NCBI GenBank assembly: GCA_012295275.1
Contig: CM022665.1
Location: 6,820,001 to 6,884,000, forward strand
Reading direction: 5' to 3'
DNA from: Chrysomallon squamiferum
Taxonomy: Eukaryota > Animalia > Mollusca
DNA length: 64,000 nucleotides
Shown here: positions 55,408-64,000 of the stretch, piece by piece
Layout: every line of letters starts with the position of its first letter
How positions within the stretch are numbered: the first letter of the stretch is position 1
Program-made: the position numbers and the translations under genes
The notes under the pieces: model-generated
Seen by the model: the letters and a program-made list of their open reading frames with translations, nothing else
The model's database searches: none
What the model was told of the DNA's origin: nothing

Positions 55408-56328
55408 GTAATAGGTATGAATGAATGTGACCAGTAAATGCTCATCAAAATTTCAAAATTTTTTGTCATTGATTGTTTGAAACTCTTTTAATGGATTTAA
55501 AAAAAAATTAATAATAATAATAATAATAAAATGAAGTTGACATCAGCAATTTACTAATGCACTGAAAGGTGCATACTATGGTGAAAAGTTGATCTGATAA
55601 TAAATAAAAAGATCAAACTCAGGAAATCCTTCCAGAAGCTGCACAAACATTCAGCTATTCATAACTGCCATCATCAGAGTATGAAATGCCCTATAACATG
55701 CTGTATGAATGATAACTTGAAATTTGTATCTGCCCTCTTGTAGTTTTCTTTATATTTTCCTTTCTTTTTCAAACTTTATTTGGTTATAAAGTTATTGTTT
55801 GCTCAATTTATATATTTTTTTTAATAATTTTTTTTAATTTTTTTTTTTTTTAATTTTTTTTTTAAATATCTTTTCAAAACAACTTTAACATGAATGCTCA
55901 CATTTTTTGTTGTAATATTATTTCCTTGTGTGAGCAATATTTATTATTTTAAAATATGTTGGCTTATTTAAAGTTGGCCAACTTAAGTCGAATTTGTCCA
56001 TTACATTGGACACGCCCAACATTGTCATCTGTTAGGTGTTAATTATTATTTAAAAAAAAGAAAAAAGTAGAATTTGTATATAAATTATTCTTAGCTACTG
56101 ATTTTTATATTTTATACAGATTGTAATGATGTAAGAAGAATTTTGCAATTTGTATCCATTTGTATTTACAGGTCTTAGTTTACTATGAAAATCTAAATGC
56201 TATCTTGATCTGTAAATCACAAAAGTAAATAGCTTTCATGTCGGTGTAAATGAGATTTATCTGCTCTATTTTTATTTTCATTTTTTTTCAAAAAAAAAAT
56301 GAAAATGTTTTTAATTATTATATAATTA

Positions 56329-56377
<49 letters not shown>

Positions 56378-59300
56378 AATGTACATATAAAATTTTGTAT
56401 TTTGCTTTCATTTATTAAATTATTTATTTTATTTAAAACATTTAAATTTTTCTGGATTGTAATATCAAGGACCAGTTTGATACCATCATCCCATGACACT
56501 CTAGCCATCAATAATTATCTGATTTTTGAAAAATATTCTACTTAGTCATTTGGCCATTCAAATTCTTTTTTATAATTTATTTTCATTTTAAAAGTGCAAC
56601 CACTTCCCATCATATAATTAATTCTAAGTACGTTGTATCAACAAATACTGATTTTAAAAAGTTTTTAAAACAAAAAAGAAAGACTGTCACCTCATGATAA
56701 CTGTAAAATTAAAAATCTAAGCTACATTCATTCATATTTTTAATTCATGAATGAAATTTATAAAGGCATAATAATATTTCTGGGTTTAAAAAAAAAGAAA
56801 AGAAAAGAAAAAGTCCTACTTAACCAAATAAATGTCATGTGAAGTTTGTAATATCAGAACCTATCTGGGCTGAAATGTACAATTAAAATCTTACATTTCA
56901 GATTCCAGAATTATTTTGTGACAGTTTTCCTGTTTTACATGTTTGTGGATTATCAGAACTGCAGATTATGCCATTATGGTTATAAATATTTGTAGCTGAT
57001 AATTTACCTTATGGTACTGAATACATTATTTAACATTTGTGTATATAGAACTGTATAATTTTTAACTTATTATGCTGACAACTAGTTGTGCATGCTGAAC
57101 TGTATATAGTTATTGCCAAAAAATATCTTTTGTTGCTAATATGCATCTAGTCAGTGAAATACGACTCTCCCATAAAAATATGACTAAGAATTCAAGTAAA
57201 CATCAAGTATATATCTTGTAATAATAACCATTACCTGTATTTTAGATTTTGTCATTTTTAATTGTTTAAAAGATACTAATATATTAAATATTCTTTGCCT
57301 TTTAAAAACCCAGATATTACACTAACAGATGTAATTTAGTATTTGATTCAGTGGTTTTTCCATTAATATAATTGTTCACTTGGATTCTTATAGGCTGTTG
57401 TACATGCATGTTAGTAAGTAACAAATTCATATTATGTTTAATATAGTATATGCATTATTTACTTGTTTCATATATATGAAATATCTTTGTTTCTTTTCGC
57501 TAATTTATTACTTATTGACCACTTGTATATTGATCAGATCAAAAAGGTTATATCATGTCATTGACCCTATACCGGTACATGTTGACTACAGCATAGTTCC
57601 TTAGCTGTTCTCAGGATCTTAAATGTTTTTCAGGCTTTACTATCGTACTGTTACAATCGGACATAAGTTTGTTTGTAGACCAGTGAACAAATTGTTTTTG
57701 CCCTGGCTCTTACAGATTGCTATTCTTTAATAAATAAAAAAATGAATTTTAAAAATGAAATGAAATTTAAAAAAAATGAAATTTCTGATAATTTCCCTAC
57801 AGGTTTATATTTTTAATCTATGGTCTTGATTTTATTTTGTAAAAAAAAAAAAAAAAAAATAAGTAACTGAAAGCACATTGTTCATATGTTAGCTAAAAAT
57901 AACATTAAATAATTTTTTTAAATACTGACATTTTTCTTTTGGTCTTCTGAATCCATTCAATAAGCCTGGCAACCATTTATAATAAACTATCCTATTCAAA
58001 TTATTTCTCTATGTGAGAAAATACTTAGGATGACCTTAAATGCTACATTTTAAATGTTTTCTGGTATGTATGAAGAACTCCAGATAGGTCAGAAACTCAG
58101 TTGATCAGTTACTTATTGTTTAATATTTTATAAAATAATGATAAAAATTAATGTTGTCACAGAAGTCAATGAATTTGAGTAAGCAAGCAAATATTCACAA
58201 AATAAAATTTCAAATATTTAAAATCTTAAGAAAATTGTTTTAAAAAAAAAAAAAAAAAAAAAAATTCCATTTTGATTCCTGTTAATATATTCTATAATGA
58301 AATATGCATCAAATTTGTATGGTTATGAAGTTTGGTTTATATTTCAAATAATTGGGGTGTTTTTTTTTTGGGGGGGGTTTGGTAGGGGGAGGTTTCTTAC
58401 AAGAGGTCACAGTAAAGCAAACAAACACAATTAGCTTTGATTCATTGGGAATGCATCTCAATTTTTCATCATTTTAGATAAAATTTTATATTACTTGATA
58501 TCAATTGAAATATATTTTATAAGTGTTAGATTATTGTAATTCTCAGGGTTTAAAATGAAAAAAGTTATATCATTCATAGAGATATTACATTAAGACATGT
58601 TGTTTATCATCTGTTGATTCTTCAAAGTATAGATAATTAAGGGCAAACAAGCCTGCTTTGTTTTTGTTTTGTTTTTTATGAATAAAATGTCTTGTTTTTA
58701 ATGTTTAAAAAGAAAGAAATTGTTATGACTGTTAAGTTACTGGAATTTAAATGAGCATATATTTAAAACAAGTTGTCTTTATTCATTTAATACAAAAGAA
58801 TATATCAATTTAAATTCTGTTAAATATAGCATAGTCACTGTGACTTGAATGATAAATGATTTTTTCCCCTGTCACAAAATAGTTTTATTGTAATATAGTG
58901 AACTTGATGAATGTATTTTTTTTTTTAAAGAAAGAAATCTGATGTTTTAATTTGCAGATAATATAAACATTTTTTAAAAATATATGTTTATATATATATA
59001 TATATCGCCCAGAAGAATTTAAATGCCATGTGAAATAAGAAATATGAAAAGATATGCTTAAAAACGTTAAAGATTATTAATGTGTATTTTTAGGTGTTTA
59101 AATGTGGACATGGATAAGACATGTTTTTAAATAAATCATTTTGCCCACCGACAGAATCTCACTTCCAGATCAGTAAAATTTGATATGTTGATAAACTTCA
59201 TTTGCTTTTATGATTTTAATACGTATTCAGTCTAATTTTAAATGAACTAATAATACAGTTTTCGAAGCTGAAATTTATTTGAGAAATTTTAATCTTGATC

Positions 59301-61304
59301 CTAGTTCGATTTCATTATTTTTATTGTGGAAATACTGTAGAAGAGATCTGATCATTCCCAGTCTGAACAATCAGCAGCTAGTAAACATGTCATACTGACT
59401 GCTAACATGGACCCTTATTTCATTGGTCTGTCTGAAAGCTGTTGCAAAAATTTAGTTTTTTACATTTTGTTAGATCAAGAAGTGAAGGTTTGCTTTTATT
59501 TATTATCCATATATTCATCAACTGTTTCATAATTTATTGCATTCCTAATACTAATTTATTTATATTGATATACTTTTCTCTTTTCTTTTCTTTTTGTATT
59601 TTTTGTTTGTTTGTATGTGTAAATGTTAAGAGTGAAATAGATAGACATTTGCATGAATGAGTTACGATGGAAAGACCGGTAGAAAGTTTTACATGTTCCA
59701 TCTTTCCACACATAGTGCAATGGTTCAAAACTCATACAGTAATAACTTGTCATGTGTTTGTAATCTGTTCTTAAAGGATTTATCACATGCAGAATCCTTG
59801 CAAAATGTAAACATATTTTGTATAAAATGTGAAGAGAGAGAGAGAGAGAGAGAGAAAAACAAAACAAATACAAGACGTTGTACAATCGTCATGACATTTT
59901 ACTCATTCAAAAAATGTCAAAACATTGTGTTGAAAATGACTCAAAGCCAAGCTATTTATTCACTGTATTTATTTATTTAATTTGTTTAATGTTTGTCATC
60001 ATTATACCTCATTTACCTCATTTGTTAGAATGCACTCTGCAAAAAAAAAGTCCTTGTTTACCATTACATTCATCAAAGACAACGAGCTAAGCCATGTCAA
60101 ATTATTATGCAAGTTATACCTGTTGCATGAGCTTAATACTAAAGTTTGTGACAGTCTTATTGCTATGTTTTTAAACTCTTGGTAATATCAGTTGTAAATC
60201 AAAGGGCACAATAACTTAATAAAATTACACAACATTTTAGATTTTATTAATTTTATTGATTTTATAAATTCAGTCTAAAATGAAATGATTTTGTTGATTT
60301 GCCATAATATTTTTAATTACATAATTGTATTGATATTCAAATGTTTGGGAACATGCAGTAATGTGAGATACAATAATTAGATTTATACAGAATACATGTT
60401 ATTTTAAACTGTTTAACTGATATGTGAAACGACAGCTGAATTAAATGAGTGTTTCACTTCGATGAATTTATTTAATTCTTATAAGATGTTTGTCAAGGAT
60501 ACATTTTGCAGTTGTGTTATTTTGTAATTTTGTGTGATAGATGTGATGTGATGTGATATTTCATAGGTATTGTTCATGTTTGACATGACTTGTTTAGTAA
60601 ATGATTGTCAGTATGTTCCCAGCCAGATGCTTTTGGAGACTACCCACCTTACAGTTGCAGTTCCTGTGCATACAATAAATATTTCATAATCAGCATATCA
60701 GCTTGCATTTTATAAACATTTTCATTTTAAACTTCACTGAACACAAATAAATTAGAATGGAATATGGTTGTGTTCCATTTCATCATCAAACTGAAAAGCT
60801 TCCAGCACATTATAGTAATTTAGAGAATTTTGCCTTAATCCATTTTATTAAGTGATGTTTATGACGGTGAAAAATATCTATAGTTTACATTCTTGTCATG
60901 GTGTGTTTTGTGTGTGTGCTTAGAATGTTTCGAAATGTTTTGAACATATTGTTCACTTAAATTATTAACATTTATGAACTGAAAGAATGAAGACAAAAAT
61001 CTTGTATTGCTTAAATAGTCAGGACAGTACGTGAAATAGTTTTTAGAAAACAAAGCTGTTAATCTTTTCTGGCTGGGTGCATCATTTTACAGTTTAGTTG
61101 TTTCTTTGTTTTTGTACAGAATTTGTGTAAATTAGTTATTTTGTTCAATATAATTAAGAAATGTTTATTATTGTCAACTGACACTGATTGTGTCTGGCTG
61201 TATGTCACAAATTGGTGGGGAAAGTATTTGACATATCATTCTGTCAGTTTGTTCATTTAGTTTTATTTTCTCAGGAAATAAATGAATATGTAAGTGATTT
61301 TATT

Positions 61305-61335
<31 letters not shown>

Positions 61336-62039
61336 ATTTTTTAATGTAATTAAATAATTTGTAAGCTACCAACATAAAAGAGAAAAAAAATCAAGATTAA
61401 TATAAAGTGTTTGTTTCATGACCATTCATCATATGATGTTGTATGTCCACAAAAGTTTGTATTGTTTAAAGAATAAACAAAAACAAAAACCAAAAAACCT
61501 CAAAATTTCAGGTTACTGCAGGATGTATTATGCAACATTTAAAAATTCATTCATAGAATGTCTATATTAGGGCACTACTAGTTCCATCTTAATATTAATT
61601 TGAGGTTTGTTTTTATCTTTTACAAATTATTTTCCATATAGAGATGAAATCATTTTCCTACATTTGAATTTTACACATTTTTTCCCCAGATTATCATATA
61701 GCTTCTTTTGGTCTGTTCAAGCAACATCTAGTTATAGTTCTTGTAATTATTCTTAACAGAATTTTTTTTTTTTTTTTATATTTTTTTTTTTTTTTGGAAA
61801 CTATTATATCAGAAACATATTATGAGTCATATTTGGAAACAGATTTAAAATTGCAAAAAGAAACTGACATCCCTAATTTGTGACATGCAACCATCTACAT
61901 TTTGAAAATGAGTGCATTCTGTATTTGTTTTTTAGACAAACAAAATTTTAGCTTTAATTGGTTACATTAAATTCAGCATCAGTGTCAAACATGTCACTAG
62001 GCAACCCAAGCGTTGTTAATTCCATAACTTCCATCTGTA

Positions 62040-63571
62040 TTAATTCAGTGTTTCAGTATCAACTAATAGCTGTAGCTTATGCTCAAATACAGCTGTTAAA
62101 TGAACACAAAGAATACTGCAAAGAAAAAAGAAGAAGAAAACAAACAAAATAAACTTGCCATACTGTAATATTGTTATTTACTATCCATTTGCAGCACAAA
62201 ATCACTTTGCAGATTTGCCTGATTTTAATGTAATCAGTGTTTTTACCTTTTCAGTTCTTTGTCTTCCGTAGGTTCTGTTTCATCAACATAGACATTCCTG
62301 TAAGGAAACAGATTTAGCATGTTTTGTTCTGAAAATCATTTATGCATTGCATCTTTTCATTTATTCATTTGCCATGTGGTTTTCTGATTATTATTATTAT
62401 TATTATTATTAATATTATTATTATTATTTATTTATTTATTTATTTTTTATTCCTTGGTCATTCAGGGTTTTGTATTAATAAACGTTTGCTAAAGATAATG
62501 TCTTTGTTGTTTGTTGTCAGAATTTGATACATTTTATTATTTTAAAAAATGGTCATAATAAAGTGCCAAAATAAAAATGCTCAAACTAAGAACTGTAACC
62601 ATGTACACAAAAATACTTCAAGTTTAAAACTCAAATGCATGATCTTACATAATTATTGTTTCTGTCTCTATAATACTGCAATATTATATTTCTGGACAAG
62701 TGAAAGAAAATGTTGACAAGCTTCGAACCAAATTCCTTTATTTTCAAGCCCCAAAAACAAACAATAACAAAATCTTATTCAGGCAAACGATAAAGGTATA
62801 TGTAATTGGATGAACTGTGTCAGTCTCATGGCAGTTTTGGGGTCTTTATTTATTTATTTTATAGTTTTAGATGATCCACAATTTGCACAGACAGTGTATT
62901 TATATGTCTCAGTTGTAAGTTTGACCTAGAATCAACTCTGTCTTCCTTTTGCAATGAAATAAATTTTCTAAGTAAATAACACAATTGGTATCAACACTGT
63001 GTACTGAAAATGGGTGCCTTCAGCTGTCAAATCTCATGAAATAATAGGTCGTCGTGATCCAGATTAAGTCAACAGCGCCAAAACTAGGTCAACTATTTAT
63101 TGATTAGCCTGACAAGAGAATTCAAACCCGATGCCTCACCGACATAATATTACAAAAATAGATATTTTTGAAAATAGATAGGATGCACAAGGACTAGGAC
63201 CATAATGACAAAATCAGTTTCATTTGCTAAATAAACATTAATTGGATTAATTTGTGGGAATTGTTTTATATATCATTTAATTTAGCCCCAAAAGGTATAA
63301 ACGTATCTTTAAAATACTCATAAGAAAATGTATTTACTTCGGCAGTATTGTACACACCAAGGCTTTTAATAACAAAGCTTTATACCCAGTTCTTTCTGTA
63401 TTAATTTATAACAAAATAATTTTTCTTGATATTCTAATTTTTTTTAAAGTATTTCTAATATAATTTTAATAACAAATGATTTATAGTTTATATAAAAAGT
63501 ACAGATATGTCTCTTTTTCCACAATATTTGAAATAATAATAATCTGCATGTTTGCAGGATATTGACCTCAT
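62040..63571 (-). CDS. Candidate three-exon 43-aa microprotein of unknown function
   Basis: ATGAG|GTCAAT (63571-63567), exon 62297-62247 (ACAG|...|GTAAAA) and the exon from 62115 (long pyrimidine tract + GCAG) join in phase to MRNVYVDETEPTEDKELKSILCVHLTAVFEHKLQLLVDTETLN*. No homolog recognised and the first donor is weak. Confidence 0.3.
63000..63145 (-). mobile_element. Possible tRNA-derived SINE remnant
   Basis: Minus-strand GGGTTTGAATTC resembles a Pol III B-box and heads a GC-richer, CpG-containing 140-bp patch. No A-box or cloverleaf seen. Confidence 0.25.
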
Positions 63572-63790
63572 ATCGCTCCAACAGCTAGCTATGTTACGAT
63601 CGATAATGAGAATTTTTCGAACGATTGTCTGCTTTAGAAGCAGTTTTTTGTCTCTCTTATTTCTTTTTTTTATCCCCCCTTCTCGCTCACCAGACTATTC
63701 GTGACGTAAATGGTGCAAGCGTCAGTACATGTTTTACAAATGACGACAAAGCCGTATAATGTTTTTTGCATGCTATTGGTTACCTGTTAC
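63550..63790 (-). promoter_or_regulatory. CpG-rich promoter / first-exon region of an unrecognised gene
   Basis: CpG cluster like those at the other promoters in the window, CRE-like TGACGTAA (63702-63709), minus-strand CCAAT (63779-63775) and strong donor TG|GTGAGC at 63690. Confidence 0.5.
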
Positions 63791-64000
63791 GGATTCATCT
63801 CATAACAGATTGCCCCATATCTTTCATCTAGTGTGTATCAGAAAGGTTAAAATAAAGGCAACAACACACACATACACGAATATATACACTTCATGTTCGC
63901 CGATTCATTTTAAAATTGTTAAAATAAGTTATAGCAATACATTCAGCGTGTTTCATCGGCACAAATAATAAATACGTTTGTAATCTTTCAAGATTCGAAA

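Noticed and set aside
59442-60185. Cluster of overlapping 64-109 aa ORFs
   Set aside because: Low-complexity AT and (GA)n-driven composition, mostly non-ATG starts, no recognisable family.
60690-60790. Minus-strand box C/D snoRNA candidate
   Set aside because: Weak terminal stem and AT-rich interior without recognisable rRNA complementarity.
63696-63730. Selenocysteine or read-through interpretation of ATG-TAC-TGA
   Set aside because: An in-frame TAG follows within 9 codons and no SECIS was evident.
1-64000. CRISPR arrays, operons or other prokaryotic defence systems
   Set aside because: The sequence is intron-rich eukaryotic DNA; no regularly spaced repeat-spacer units were seen.

Overview
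AT-rich eukaryotic (invertebrate animal, probably lophotrochozoan/mollusc-like; inference) genomic DNA with many short GT-AG introns and microsatellites. Five conserved spliced genes were reconstructed by hand: the 3' end of exportin-1 (XPO1/CRM1, +, 238-3038), a DMAC1/TMEM261-like gene (-, 6156-7210), a sphingosine-1-phosphate phosphatase (SGPP, -, 13509-19360), a PP6 regulatory SAPS subunit (PPP6R3-like, -, 27746-40483, about 26 coding exons) and, head-to-head with it, SINHCAF/FAM60A (+, 45232-55407). Degenerate transposons are also present: two Tc1/mariner relics, a FLYWCH Mutator-like (Phantom-type) relic, and MITE, LINE and SINE fragments. The least explained features are a candidate unannotated minus-strand spliced gene at about 59.3-63.8 kb that can encode a 43-aa microprotein, an inverted pair of 85-bp elements flanking the PPP6R/SINHCAF divergent promoter region, vertebrate-style promoter motifs, a CpG-decay footprint suggesting gene-body methylation, and two intronic multi-stem folds. 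No prokaryotic-type system (CRISPR, operon) is present, and I cannot establish a novel system from sequence alone. Most supplied ORFs are exon fragments or noise.
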